Shown here piece by piece: positions 38,884 through 49,260 of a stretch of 64,000 nucleotides of DNA. Under the pieces are notes generated by a model, which saw only the letters and a program-made list of their open reading frames with translations, made no database searches and had not been told where the DNA came from. A program made the translations under genes and the position numbers. Position 1 is the stretch's first letter; each line of letters opens with the position of its first letter. Source of the DNA: Trueperaceae bacterium (GTDB taxonomy: Bacteria > Deinococcota > Deinococci > Deinococcales > Trueperaceae); NCBI GenBank assembly GCA_965213925.1, contig OZ243927.1:864001-928000 (forward strand), written 5' to 3'.

Positions 38884-39908
38884 CTATTCGAATAGAGGCG
38901 ACTGCGGCGGATAGTTCGTAATCATGACCTCTTTGCCCTTCGCCGCGCCCTCTTGCTTATAGTTGTTCATCCCGTACTGAAGTTCCCAAGGGACGATGTG
39001 CGCAAATGAAAAGAGCGCCCTGACCTCTTCGCAATCGTCATAAGTGATGAGCCATTTGTGCTTCACCTTTTGCATCACGGCGGCAAAACGCTCGTGATCG
39101 AAGGTCGTGTGCAGCTTCCCTTTTTTGCCGTAGAGCTTTGACTTTGTAGCGGATAAATAGGGCGGGTCCAGGAAAATAAAGACGTTTTCGCCGCCTAACG
39201 CACCGGGAGACCCGGATGCTGCGGACCCTAAACCCGGATGCTGCGGACCCTAACGCACCGGGAGACCCGGATTTCGCCGGACCCTAACGCACCGGGAGAC
39301 CCGGATGCTGCGGACCCTAACGCACCGGGAGACCCGGATGCTGCGGACCCTAACGCACCGGGAGACCCGGATGCTGCGGATGGCGCTAAGACGACCTCTT
39401 CGTAGTCGAGATTGGTAATCTTGGTCCCTTCAAGAAGAGGGGCGACGCGCCGTAAACGCCCTATCGAGGACTGCGTGAAGCGCTTTTCAAATGCACCTTG
39501 CGAATAGCCGCCCGCTTCGACCGTGCCCGAAAAGGTGATGCGGTTGAGGAGAAAAAAGCGGATGGCTCTGTGTAAGGGTGCGTCGGGTACGTTATCGACC
39601 AATGAGCGGTGCAGCGTGCGTCCGTCTGTCACCGTATCTTTCTGCTGCTGCACGCCTTCGACGAGCGCCTCTGGGCAATCGCGTAGGTAAAGCCAGAAGT
39701 GGTAAAGCTCTGCGTTGAGGTCGCTAATCCAGAACGAGGCGTTTGGGTGTTGCTGCCGCAAAGCTAAAAAGACAGAGCCGCCCCCTATGAAGGGTTCGCG
39801 GAACTCGCTGAACGTTGGAACGAGCGGCAGGATGGTTTTAAGTGCTTTTGCCTTACCGCCTGGATACCTCAGCGGTGTTTTTACCGAAGTGAAAAGACCG
39901 TCTTGCAT
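38884..39908 (-). CDS. dam: Dam-family (D12 class) DNA adenine methyltransferase, frameshifted within a 33-bp tandem repeat as assembled
   Basis: TPLRYPGGK, EPFIGGGSVF, SDLN in 39228..39908; FIFLDPPY, FDHERF, WLITYDD, EVMITNY in the downstream frame. Confidence 0.85.
38924..38958 (-). other. Protospacer for CRISPR spacer 2 with 5' AAG PAM, in the 3' end of dam
   Basis: Minus strand AAG|CAAGAGGGCGCGGCGAAGGGCAAAGAGGTCAT versus spacer CAAACGGGCGCGGCGAAGGGCAAAGAGGGCAT: 29/32. Confidence 0.9.
39194..39380. repeat. 33-bp tandem repeat (about 5.5 copies, two aberrant)
   Basis: Unit CCTAACGCACCGGGAGACCCGGATGCTGCGGAC (GSAASGSPGAL); one 22-bp and one 34-bp copy. Confidence 0.9.
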
Positions 39909-40041
39909 TGACGTGCATCGTATCAGTCAATCGTGCCAGCTACTACCTCGAGGTGCAGGGTTAGGACACTACACGGAACAGTCACGCGCGAATGTCGCCT
40001 GACAGGAACGTAAAATATTTCACTTTGCTAAACTACCTCTA

Positions 40042-40641
40042 ATGGTCTCAACACGCAACGCCGAAGCCACCCAGCAGCGGCTCATGGACGCCGCGCTCTC
40101 GCTCTACGCCGAGCGGGGCTACGCAGGCACGTGCCTAGACGCGATCTTGAAGCGTGCCTCGTCGTCGAAGGGCGCGTTTTATCACCACTTCGACTCAAAA
40201 GAGGCGCTGACGGCGCAAGCCTTGTCGCTCCGCTGGAATGCGATGTTGGAGACCGTGGGGCAGGTCTGGCAGCAGGGAAACTCCCCCGAGGAGAAACTCG
40301 ACTACCTGCTCAACCTCCTAGAGCCGAAATGCACGGAAGGTCAGGTGGCGTGCCCGATCGGGCTTTTAGGGTTCGAATCGCGCAGCCTGCCCGCGCCGAT
40401 CCAGCAGGCGCTTAGGGAGGGGCTGACGCACTGGTCGGCGCAAGTGGCGCGGCTCCTAGAGGATTTAGGGTTAGAGGATTACAAGGCTCGAGCTTTCGCC
40501 GAGCAGCTTTTTCTAATCTACGAGGGTGGCGTGTTGGTTGGGCGCATCAGCGGGTCGTGCGGGTCGCTCTACTCTATGTTGGGGGTGTGGCGCAAAGCAG
40601 TCTTGAGCGAGACGTGTACTCAAGCCAGGGGCGAAGCGTAG
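40042..40641 (+). CDS. TetR/AcrR family regulator
   Basis: RGYAGT...SKGAFYHHFDSKEAL, CPIG. Confidence 0.85.
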   Translation: MVSTRNAEATQQRLMDAALSLYAERGYAGTCLDAILKRASSSKGAFYHHFDSKEALTAQALSLRWNAMLETVGQVWQQGNSPEEKLDYLLNLLEPKCTEGQVACPIGLLGFESRSLPAPIQQALREGLTHWSAQVARLLEDLGLEDYKARAFAEQLFLIYEGGVLVGRISGSCGSLYSMLGVWRKAVLSETCTQARGEA

Positions 40642-40882
40642 GTACACCGCGCCGCAAGGTGAGATAATAAACTTCGTAAGTTTTGCGGCTTGATTCGCTG
40701 AAATGTCCACTTCAAACAATCTCTTTCGAACATTTTGAGAGAACCTTTAGCGATCATTCTCAGCAGGCTTGTGAAAAACGTGGCAAATCAGACATCGCTC
40801 ACTAATGTGAGCGTAAGCGTCGCGGTAGACTATAAAAGTAGAGATTTGACGTTAAACTATGGAGAGACTATAGGAGGTTTCT

Positions 40883-41239
40883 ATGTACCGAGGAAGAGAA
40901 GGGCAGTGGGCGTTCGTACTCCACCGACTTTCCGGTGTAGCACTCGCTCTTTATCTGCTGCTACACGTTTTAGATATCAGCTTGATCATGTATGGACCCA
41001 GAGTGTTCAACGCCTTTTTAGCGTTCTATCACCAGTGGCCCTTTCGCATCGGTCTTATATTGATCATGGCGGGCGTCGTCTACCACTCGTTCAACGGACT
41101 GCGCATTATCTTGATGGACTTTACCGAGTGGGGCACGCGCTATCACCGCTCGCTCTGGTACGGCGTGCTAGGAATTACGACTATTATCGGCATTCCCGTT
41201 CTCATCAAAGTTCTCCCTGAAATCTTTGGAGGTGCCTAG
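40883..41239 (+). CDS. sdhC: Succinate dehydrogenase cytochrome b subunit
   Basis: MYRGREGQWAFVLHRLSG, HSFNGLRI. Confidence 0.9.
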   Translation: MYRGREGQWAFVLHRLSGVALALYLLLHVLDISLIMYGPRVFNAFLAFYHQWPFRIGLILIMAGVVYHSFNGLRIILMDFTEWGTRYHRSLWYGVLGITTIIGIPVLIKVLPEIFGGA

Positions 41240-41676
41240 TGGCCGTTAAAGCCAAAACGCTCAACCAGGCGAAAGCCTTACACAACACTAACAGCGAACT
41301 CGCGTGGTGGGTTTTCATGCGCGTGTCGGGGCTTATTCTTGTCTTTTTAGTCTTTGGACACCTCTACTTCAACAACATCGCCTTTAACGCAGGCAACATC
41401 GACTACGCTTACGTCGCTGAGCGCGTTTCGAAGCCCTGGATCAAGGTCTACGACTCCTTCTTGCTCGGTTTTGCCATGTTGCACGGCGTCAACGGACTGC
41501 GCTACAGCATCGAGGATTACATCCGCAAACCGGGGCGGCGTTTCGCGTGGAAGGTGGTGCTCTATACGGTGGCAGGCATCATCCTCGTTATCGGCGTGAT
41601 CACGCTCTGGTCCTTTTCATTCGACGAGATGGGCGACGCGGTTCGTGCGCTGCCTGCCGAACAACATTCGCAGTAG
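41239..41676 (+). CDS. sdhD: Succinate dehydrogenase membrane anchor
   Basis: FMRVSG, HGVNGLRYSIEDY; operon position. Confidence 0.9.
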   Translation: MAVKAKTLNQAKALHNTNSELAWWVFMRVSGLILVFLVFGHLYFNNIAFNAGNIDYAYVAERVSKPWIKVYDSFLLGFAMLHGVNGLRYSIEDYIRKPGRRFAWKVVLYTVAGIILVIGVITLWSFSFDEMGDAVRALPAEQHSQ

Positions 41677-41688
41677 GTAGGAGGCACT

Positions 41689-43428
41689 ATGTCGAGAGCA
41701 CATAAATACGACGTGATTGTGATTGGCGCGGGCGGCTCAGGGTTGATGGCGGCGCGGTACGCGGCGCAGGAGCCCGGCGTGTCCGTCGCGGTCATCAGTA
41801 AACTTTACCCGACCCGCTCGCATACAGGGGCGGCGCAAGGGGGTGTGGGCGCAGCTTTAGGCAACGTCACCGACGACCACCCCGACTGGCACGCCTTCGA
41901 TACGGTCAAGGGTGGCGACTACCTAGCGGACCAAGACGTCGCGGAGATGTTCGCGTACGAAGTCGTCGAGGCAGTCTACGAGTTAGAGCACATGGGCTTG
42001 CCCTTCTCACGTACGCCTGAAGGCAAAATCGCCCAGCGTAAATTCGGTGGGCACACCCGCGAATTCGGCAAGAGCGCCGTCGAACGTGCCTGCTACGCGG
42101 CGGACCGCACGGGTCACATGATTTTGCAGACGCTCTATCAGCAGTCCATCAAGAACAACGTGACCTTTTTCAACGAGTTCCACGTGCTCGACATGATCAT
42201 GGAAGCCGGTGAGTGTCGCGGCGTGGTGGCGTACGAGCTTGCCACGGGCGAGCTTCACACCTTCCAGGCGAAAGCCACGATTGTCGCCACCGGCGGCAAC
42301 GGGCGCATGTTCAAAGTGACCTCGAACGCGCACGCCTTGACGGGCGACATGATGAGCGTCGTCTACCGGCGCGGCATCCCGATTGAAGACCCCGAGTTTT
42401 ACCAGTTCCACCCGACGGGTCTCTACAAAATTGGCGTTTTACTGACTGAGGGCGCAAGAGGTGAAGGTGGGATTTTGCGTAATAGCGAGGGCGAGCGCTT
42501 TATGGAGCGTTACGCGCCTTCCATCAAGGACTTAGCGCCGCGGGACATGGTCTCGAGGGCGATGTACCTAGAGATGCGCGAAGGGCGCGGCACCGGACCC
42601 GACGCCGACTACATCCACCTCGACCTCACCCACATCGACGATCACATCATCGAGACGCGCCTCCCCGATATCACCGAGTTCGCCCGGATTTACCTAGGCG
42701 TTGACCCCTTAAACGAGCCCGTCCCCGTGCAACCCACCGCGCACTACGCGATGGGTGGCATCCCCACGACCATCGACACCGAAGTCATCATGGACGGCGA
42801 CAACGCCGTCGTGCCAGGGCTCTACGCCGCAGGTGAAACAGCGTGCGCCTCGCTGCACGGCGCGAACCGCCTCGGCACAAACTCGTTAGGCGACCTCATC
42901 GTGTTCGGACGCCGCGCGGGTATCTTCGCTGCTCGTTACGCCGCGGGAGCGGAGTACGGCAAGCTGCCTTTAGACGCGCAAGACTTTGCTAAGAGCCAAC
43001 TCGACACCGCGCTGAACGGCTCTGGTAAGGAGCGCGTGAGCCGCATTCGTAAAGAGATGCAAAACACCATGATGGACAACGCCTCGGTCTTCCGCACTGA
43101 AGAGACCCTGTGTACGCAGATCGAAAAGCTCAGAGAACTCAAAGAGCGCTATAAAGGCATCGGCGTTGAGGACAAGGGCGAGCAGTTCAACACGGAGCTG
43201 ATGGAAGCGATTGAACTCGGCTTCCTTTTAGACAACGCCGAGCACCTCGTCCACGCGGCGTATAACCGCAAGGAATCGCGCGGCGCGCACTCCCGCGAGG
43301 ACTACAAGGAGCGCAACGACGACGAGTGGCTCAAGCACACGCTCGTCTATAAAGACGGCGACGGCGTGCGCATCGACTATAAACCCGTAACCTTGGGCAA
43401 GTACGAGCCTAAGCCGAGAGTTTATTAA
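41689..43428 (+). CDS. sdhA: Succinate dehydrogenase flavoprotein
   Basis: [32 protein letters not shown]. Confidence 0.97.
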   Translation: MSRAHKYDVIVIGAGGSGLMAARYAAQEPGVSVAVISKLYPTRSHTGAAQGGVGAALGNVTDDHPDWHAFDTVKGGDYLADQDVAEMFAYEVVEAVYELEHMGLPFSRTPEGKIAQRKFGGHTREFGKSAVERACYAADRTGHMILQTLYQQSIKNNVTFFNEFHVLDMIMEAGECRGVVAYELATGELHTFQAKATIVATGGNGRMFKVTSNAHALTGDMMSVVYRRGIPIEDPEFYQFHPTGLYKIGVLLTEGARGEGGILRNSEGERFMERYAPSIKDLAPRDMVSRAMYLEMREGRGTGPDADYIHLDLTHIDDHIIETRLPDITEFARIYLGVDPLNEPVPVQPTAHYAMGGIPTTIDTEVIMDGDNAVVPGLYAAGETACASLHGANRLGTNSLGDLIVFGRRAGIFAARYAAGAEYGKLPLDAQDFAKSQLDTALNGSGKERVSRIRKEMQNTMMDNASVFRTEETLCTQIEKLRELKERYKGIGVEDKGEQFNTELMEAIELGFLLDNAEHLVHAAYNRKESRGAHSREDYKERNDDEWLKHTLVYKDGDGVRIDYKPVTLGKYEPKPRVY

Positions 43429-43514
43429 GCAACTCAGCGTCTCAGCTAGTCAGCATTTCAGGTCTTTCCTGACTAGCTGACTAGCTGACCGGCTGAAATG
43501 CTATAAGGATTTTT

Positions 43515-44237
43515 ATGAACGCAGACGCAATGAAACCCAGAGAAATCAACGTCAAGATCAAGCGCTTTAACCCCGAAGAGGACAAGCGACCTTATTGGGC
43601 GGAGTACAAAGTCGAAGCGCGACCGACTGACCGCGTGTTAGACGTGCTCCACGAGATTAAATGGGAAATCGACGGCACGCTCTCCTTCCGCCGGAGCTGC
43701 GCGCACGGCATCTGCGGCTCGGACGCGATGCTTATCAACGGCGTGAACCGCTTAGCGTGCAAGATTTTGGTCAAGGATTTGGGCGATGACATCTCGGTTG
43801 AGCCGATTCGCGGGCTCGAGGTGCTTAAAGACATGGTTGTCGACATGGAGCCCTTCTTCGACTCCTACAAAGCGGTGCTGCCCTACTTCATCAACGACGA
43901 CGCCCCGCCCACCACCGAGCGCTACCAGAGCCCCGAAGACCGCGAAGTGTTCGACGACACGACCAAGTGCATCCTCTGCGCGGCGTGCACGACCTCTTGC
44001 CCGATCTTCTGGACGAACGGCTCGTACTTGGGTCCAGCGGCGATCGTTAACGCGCACCGCTTCATCTTCGATTCACGTGACAGCGGCACTACCGAGCGTT
44101 TAGAGGTGCTCAATCAGGCCAACGGCTTGTGGCGCTGCCGCACCGCATATAACTGCACGCAGGCGTGCCCGCGCGGGATTCCGGTGACGCAAGCGATTGA
44201 AGAGGTTAAGAAGGAGTTGTTGTGGCGCAGAGCGTAA
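43515..44237 (+). CDS. sdhB: Succinate dehydrogenase iron-sulfur subunit
   Basis: SCAHGICGSD, CILCAACTTSCP, CRTAYNCTQACP. Confidence 0.97.
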   Translation: MNADAMKPREINVKIKRFNPEEDKRPYWAEYKVEARPTDRVLDVLHEIKWEIDGTLSFRRSCAHGICGSDAMLINGVNRLACKILVKDLGDDISVEPIRGLEVLKDMVVDMEPFFDSYKAVLPYFINDDAPPTTERYQSPEDREVFDDTTKCILCAACTTSCPIFWTNGSYLGPAAIVNAHRFIFDSRDSGTTERLEVLNQANGLWRCRTAYNCTQACPRGIPVTQAIEEVKKELLWRRA

Positions 44238-44308
44238 GCTTCTCAGTTCAGTAGTAAGTTAGAAGAGGTGCAAGAAAAGCACCTCTTTACTATTTCCTCA
44301 AGACCCAC

Positions 44309-44692
44309 TCAACCAGAAACTAGCGCCACCGCCTCAATCTCAATCAGCACGTCTTTCGGCAGCCGCGCCACCTCCACCGCGCTCCGCGCAGGCGGCTCAC
44401 TCTCAAAGAAACGTCCGTAGACCTCATTCACCGTACTGAAATCCGCCATGTCTTTCAAGAAGCAGGTGCATTTTATGGTGTTGACGAGGCTCGAGCCCCC
44501 CGCCTCCAGCACCGCCTGAAGATTCTTCATCACCTGCTCGGTTTGCGCCGCAACGTCACCCTCTAAAAGGTCTCCATTAGGCAAGAGTGCAATCTGCCCT
44601 GAGGTGAAGAGCAAGTCGCCGACGCGCACCGCTTGAGAGTAAGGACCGATAGCGGCGGGCGCGTTGTCTGTGGAGATAACTGTTTTATTCAT
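44309..44692 (-). CDS. ridA: RidA family enamine deaminase
   Basis: APAAIGPYSQA, SGQI, PPARSAVEV. Confidence 0.92.
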   Translation of the reverse strand: MNKTVISTDNAPAAIGPYSQAVRVGDLLFTSGQIALLPNGDLLEGDVAAQTEQVMKNLQAVLEAGGSSLVNTIKCTCFLKDMADFSTVNEVYGRFFESEPPARSAVEVARLPKDVLIEIEAVALVSG

Positions 44693-44713
44693 AGCGCTAC
44701 CTTAACGTACTCG

Positions 44714-44796
44714 AGGACTGAGAGAAAAGGACTGTTACGAAGTTTTCGCAGAGCGAAAGGACTGAGTAAAAGCTTTTCTCTCAGCACTCAGTCCTT
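44714..44796. repeat. Intergenic palindromic AGGACTGAG/CTCAGTCCT repeat cluster
   Basis: Direct and inverted copies between the PP2C gene and ridA. Confidence 0.45.
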
Positions 44797-44807
44797 TAAC
44801 CTCGCTT

Positions 44808-45839
44808 CTACCTTAAACTAAAATACAAAAACAGCACAAAAAGATAGATACAACCTAAAATCCACACGCGGTACGGGTACCAGGTTTGGCGGCGCAGCTT
44901 ATCTAAGCGGCGGCGTGACGGGTACGCCTCCTCAACTTTGTAAATGCCGCTCATCGTCTCGCCGATGTTCACAGATGAAGCTTCTTCTTTGGGCAAGTCG
45001 TAGCGCTTGGGCTTGGGCTCGACGGTTTCGGCGAAGAGGACGACGGCGGTCACGTTATCGGGGCTGCCGCGTTCGTTGGCGTTTTCTATGAGTTTTGCGG
45101 CGGCGTCTTCGGGCGCGTGCTCGCTCAAAATCTGTAGAATCACCTCGTCGGAGAGGAGCGTGGTGACGCCGTCGCTGCAGAGCATGAGCTTGTCGCCCGA
45201 GTGCACCTCGAAGTGGAAGATGTCGAGCTTGAATTCGGGGGTGGAGCCTAGCGCGTTGGTGATGATGTTGCGCCAGCGGTGATGCCGCGCCTCCTCCTCG
45301 CTGAGGAGCCCTTGGCGCACCCTGTCGGCGACCCAGGAGTGGTCTTGGGTGAGTTGGTGGATTTCGCCGTTACGAACCAGATAGGCCCTCGAGTCCCCCA
45401 CATGCCCCACCAACCCGACTTGGTCATCCACTAAAAGCGTCGTCAGCGTCGTGCCCATACCGCGACTTTCGGGGTGCTCGGTCGCGTAGTCATAAATCTC
45501 TAAGTTGGCATCTTGCACTGCCCTGGCAATTGCCGCAGGTGGATGCGCCTGCGCCTTCTTTAGGGTGCGGCTCAGCACCTTGACCGCGCTCTGGCTGGCG
45601 ATTTCGCCCGACTGGTGTCCGCCCATCCCGTCCGCGACGATGGCCAGGACGCCTTGCGGCGTCGTGTCCACAAAATAGGTGTCTTGGTTGACCTTGCGCA
45701 CCTCGCCCGCCTCGCTCTGACCCGCAAAGTGGATGCGCGTCGCGGCGAGTTGCCCCTTCGATTGCGGCTTAGTTTGAGGCTTAGCCTCAAACGCCGCTTC
45801 AGCATCTTTCTTTTTCGCTCGGGAGGGTGCAGACTTCAT
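44808..45839 (-). CDS. Stp1/PP2C Ser/Thr phosphatase with C-terminal TM helix
   Basis: RKVNQD, ADGMGG, GMGTT, HVGDSRAY, CSDG, DNVT. Confidence 0.92.
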   Translation of the reverse strand: MKSAPSRAKKKDAEAAFEAKPQTKPQSKGQLAATRIHFAGQSEAGEVRKVNQDTYFVDTTPQGVLAIVADGMGGHQSGEIASQSAVKVLSRTLKKAQAHPPAAIARAVQDANLEIYDYATEHPESRGMGTTLTTLLVDDQVGLVGHVGDSRAYLVRNGEIHQLTQDHSWVADRVRQGLLSEEEARHHRWRNIITNALGSTPEFKLDIFHFEVHSGDKLMLCSDGVTTLLSDEVILQILSEHAPEDAAAKLIENANERGSPDNVTAVVLFAETVEPKPKRYDLPKEEASSVNIGETMSGIYKVEEAYPSRRRLDKLRRQTWYPYRVWILGCIYLFVLFLYFSLR

Positions 45840-46113
45840 GAAGGTCGATTATACATCGGCTACCCGGCAGCGTTGCGTAAATCTCTATTAGTGGCGCGCG
45901 AGTACGTTCGCCGAGGGCAAAAGTGAGGGATAAAACGAGGCGAATGCTGGTGAACTGTGGGCAAATTGGGGGACGTTATTCAGAAACGTTCTCGTAGCGT
46001 ACGAACACCATCTACTGATGCCTAGTTCTTCACCCCTTTTCACGCCAGGTGCCTCATTGACGGGTACTTTAACGACTTCGTGACCCCTGACTCTCATACG
46101 GTATGCTGTCAAG

Positions 46114-47574
46114 ATGAAGTTTGCTCATCAAATTGCGGAAGAGGTCCGCTCTAGGCAGGTCAGTGCGGAAGAGGTCGTGCGAGCGGCGCTCGAGCGTGCC
46201 GAGCGCGTACAGCGGGACCTCAATGCGTTTCTTACAATCTCCTATGACGCGGCACTTGAAAAGGCTCGAGCCCTAGACCAAAAACTAGCGTCAGGAGAAG
46301 ACATTGGACCTCTTGCGGGTGTCCCTATAGCGGTCAAAGACAACATCTGCACCGCAGGCATTCGCACGACGGCGGGGTCGAAAAGTTTAGGGACCTTCGT
46401 ACCGCCTTACAGTGCGACGGTGGTGGCGCGGCTCGAGGCGGCGGGCGCAATCGTGATTGCGAAGACGAACCTCGATGAATTCGGGATGGGAGGCTCGAGC
46501 GAAAACTCGGCGTATGGGGCGATGAGAAATCCCTGGAACCCGTTAAGAGTCCCCGGCGGCTCCTCGGGCGGCTCCGCCATCGCCGTTTCAGCGGGCGTCG
46601 TGCCGCTCGCGCTCGGCACCGATACGGGCGGCTCGGTGCGTCAGCCTGCAGCGTACACGGGGCTGATTGGCTTTAAGCCGACGTACGGCAGATTGCCACG
46701 TTACGGCGTAGTGGCGTTTGCGAGTTCGCTCGACCAAATCGGCGTCTTATGCCGCTCGTCGCAAGATTTGGCGTTGACGATGGACGCCGCGAGCGGTCAC
46801 GACCCCTGCGACGCGACGAGTTTAGAGGCCGCGCCCGCTTTTATGGCGGGGCTCGAGACCTGGACCTCTTTAGAAGGGCTGCGCGTCGGTATCATTCAAG
46901 AGCTTTCCGGTGAAGGTAACAGCGAGGGCGTCCGAGCGGCGCTAGAATGCACCGCAGAAACCCTGACCTCGTTAGGCGCAACGGTAGGCGAAGCCTCTAT
47001 CCCTAACGCGCCGCACGGCATCGCCGCATACTACCTCGTCGGGCCCGCTGAGGCGTCCGCCAACTTAGCCCGCTTCGACGCCATGCTCTATAGCGAGCGT
47101 TCGGGCGAGAACCGTTTAGGACAAGCTGAGGTGATGATGCGCTCGAGGGGTAAAAATTTCGGACCCGAGGTGCGCCGCCGCATCCTGATGGGCACCTACG
47201 CGCTTTCGGCAGGCTACTACGACGCCTACTACGGCAAAGCGCTCAAGGTGCGCCAGCTTATCGCGGACGATTTTGCCAGGGCCTTCGAAGATTTCGACCT
47301 ACTCATGACGCCGACCACGCCGAGCACCGCGTACGAGCTAGGCAAGAAGTCAGACGACCCGCTCGCAATGTACTTAGATGATATTGATACGGTCCTTGCA
47401 AATCTCGTAGGCACCGGAGCAATCAGTGTCCCGGCGGGTACGGTAGACGGTTTGCCTTGCGGCGTGCAGCTTTTCGCGCCCGCCTTAGAGGATGAGAAGT
47501 TGGTCGCGGTAGCGCAGAGGCTCGAGCAAGCAGCGGGGGAAACCTTTTCCCCAGTCGCTCCTGACTACGTCTAA
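46114..47574 (+). CDS. gatA: Asp/Glu-tRNA amidotransferase subunit A
   Basis: KDNI, GGSSGGS, GTDTGGSVRQPA, EVRRRILMGTYALSAGYYDAYY. Confidence 0.95.
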   Translation: MKFAHQIAEEVRSRQVSAEEVVRAALERAERVQRDLNAFLTISYDAALEKARALDQKLASGEDIGPLAGVPIAVKDNICTAGIRTTAGSKSLGTFVPPYSATVVARLEAAGAIVIAKTNLDEFGMGGSSENSAYGAMRNPWNPLRVPGGSSGGSAIAVSAGVVPLALGTDTGGSVRQPAAYTGLIGFKPTYGRLPRYGVVAFASSLDQIGVLCRSSQDLALTMDAASGHDPCDATSLEAAPAFMAGLETWTSLEGLRVGIIQELSGEGNSEGVRAALECTAETLTSLGATVGEASIPNAPHGIAAYYLVGPAEASANLARFDAMLYSERSGENRLGQAEVMMRSRGKNFGPEVRRRILMGTYALSAGYYDAYYGKALKVRQLIADDFARAFEDFDLLMTPTTPSTAYELGKKSDDPLAMYLDDIDTVLANLVGTGAISVPAGTVDGLPCGVQLFAPALEDEKLVAVAQRLEQAAGETFSPVAPDYV

Positions 47575-47827
47575 ATGATACGTCTAAGTAAGAGGTCAAA
47601 TTCAGTCGCGTTTGAGCTGTTGATGACAGCTTCGGTGATGAAGAGGGCTCAAGCCTCCAATGATTGCGCCCGCTACGCCCAAACTGTTATAGTCGTCTCA
47701 TCAAACGATAGTAGGTAAGGGCTCAGCGTCAACCGTTTTACTGGGTGGGGCTCTTTTTGAAGTCATTGCGCCATTTATCGCTGCCTGATAGCAGACCTAC
47801 CACCGTTTCGAAAGGAAGAGGTGAAGG

Positions 47828-49125
47828 ATGAAGAGGTTCATTTTAGGGTTGCTCTCGCTGAGCCTGGTGTTCGGCGCGGCGCAGGCGCAAACGACGATCC
47901 GCTTTTCGGGGGGCGCGTCGGGTCCGGGGCTCGAGACCGAGCGCCAATTGGCCCAGATGTACATGGAGCAAAACCCGGACGTCACGGTCGAGGTGCTCCC
48001 CGGTCCCGACTCCTCGGACGAGCGTTTTTCTCTGTACCTCCAGCTCTTCGAGGCGCAGTCCGCCGACTTCGACGTGTTACAGCTCGACATCATCTGGCCC
48101 GGTCAGCTCGCGCAGCACCTCGTAGACTTGAATCAATACGGCGACATCCAGAGTTCGACCAGCGAGTTCTTCCCGGCCATCGTCGAGGCGAACACGGTGG
48201 ACGACAAGCTCGTCGCGATCCCTTGGTTCACCGACGCCGGGCTGCTCTACTACCGCACCGACCTCCTGGAGCAGTACGGCTTTGGCGGTCCGCCCGAGAC
48301 TTGGGCGGAGCTTGAAGAGATGTCCACCGCCATCCAAGAGGGTGAGCGCCAGAACAACCAAGACTTTAGCGCCTTTGTGTGGCAGGGTCAGTCTTACGAG
48401 GGGCTCACCTGCGACGCTCTGGAGTGGATCAACTCGGCGGGCGGCGGACAGATTATCAGCCCCGAGCAGGTTATTACGGTCTTCAACCCGAACGCGGTGG
48501 ATATGATAGCCCGCGCCGCAAGTTGGGTCGGCAACATCTCGCCTACAGGCGTCACGGGCTTTCAAGAGGAGGACGCGCGCAACTTCTTCCAGCCGGCAAC
48601 GCCGCGTTTATGCGTAACTGGCCCTACGCCTACAGCATCATGAACGCCGACGACAGCCCTATTTCGGGCAACTTCGACGTGGTGCCGCTGCCCCACATCG
48701 AGGGTAACAATTCCGCCGCCGCCTTGGGCGGCTGGAACTTAGGCGTGTCGCGCTACAGCCAAAACCCTGAGGTTGCCGCCGACGTCGCCGCGTTTTTCGC
48801 CTCACCCGACGCGCAGAAGCTCCGCGCGGTCGAGGGCAGCTTTATCCCGACGCGCCCCGCTCTGTTCGAAGACCAAGAGGTCTTGGAGGCGCAACCCTTC
48901 TTCGGACGTCTTTTGGACGTCTTTACGGGCGCCGTAGCGCGCCCTTCTGCGCCGACGGGTCAGCAGTACAACGAGGTCTCGAGGGCCTTCTACACCGCCG
49001 TCCACAACGTGCTCACAGGCGAGGAACAAGCGGAGATCGCCCTGGAGATTCTCGAGCTTGACCTCCAAGACATCACCGGCTTCGAAGTCGGCGACCCGCA
49101 GACGCAGACGGGTTCGACTCAGTAG
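47828..49125 (+). pseudogene. Sugar (trehalose/maltose-type) ABC substrate-binding protein, 1-bp frameshift near 48592
   Basis: DIIWPG, WFTDAGLLYYRTDLL, YEGLTC in the first frame; GNAAFMRNWPY and LGGW in the second. Confidence 0.85.
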
Positions 49126-49260
49126 CCTTCGCAGCCGACGCGCGGTACGTTAAACTTAGAGCGTTTATCGACCGGACCGAGCAGCAAGGTCCGGTCGATC
49201 TCTGTCGTCAGCCTCCCGTATTCGCAACTCGCTACTCGAACATACGCTAAAGGAATCTTC

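Noticed and set aside
39194..39380. Tandem repeat as a CRISPR array
   Set aside because: Units are contiguous with no unique spacers.
43435..43500. CTAGCTGA repeats between sdhA and sdhB as an ncRNA
   Set aside because: Short low-complexity hairpin repeat; no family recognisable.
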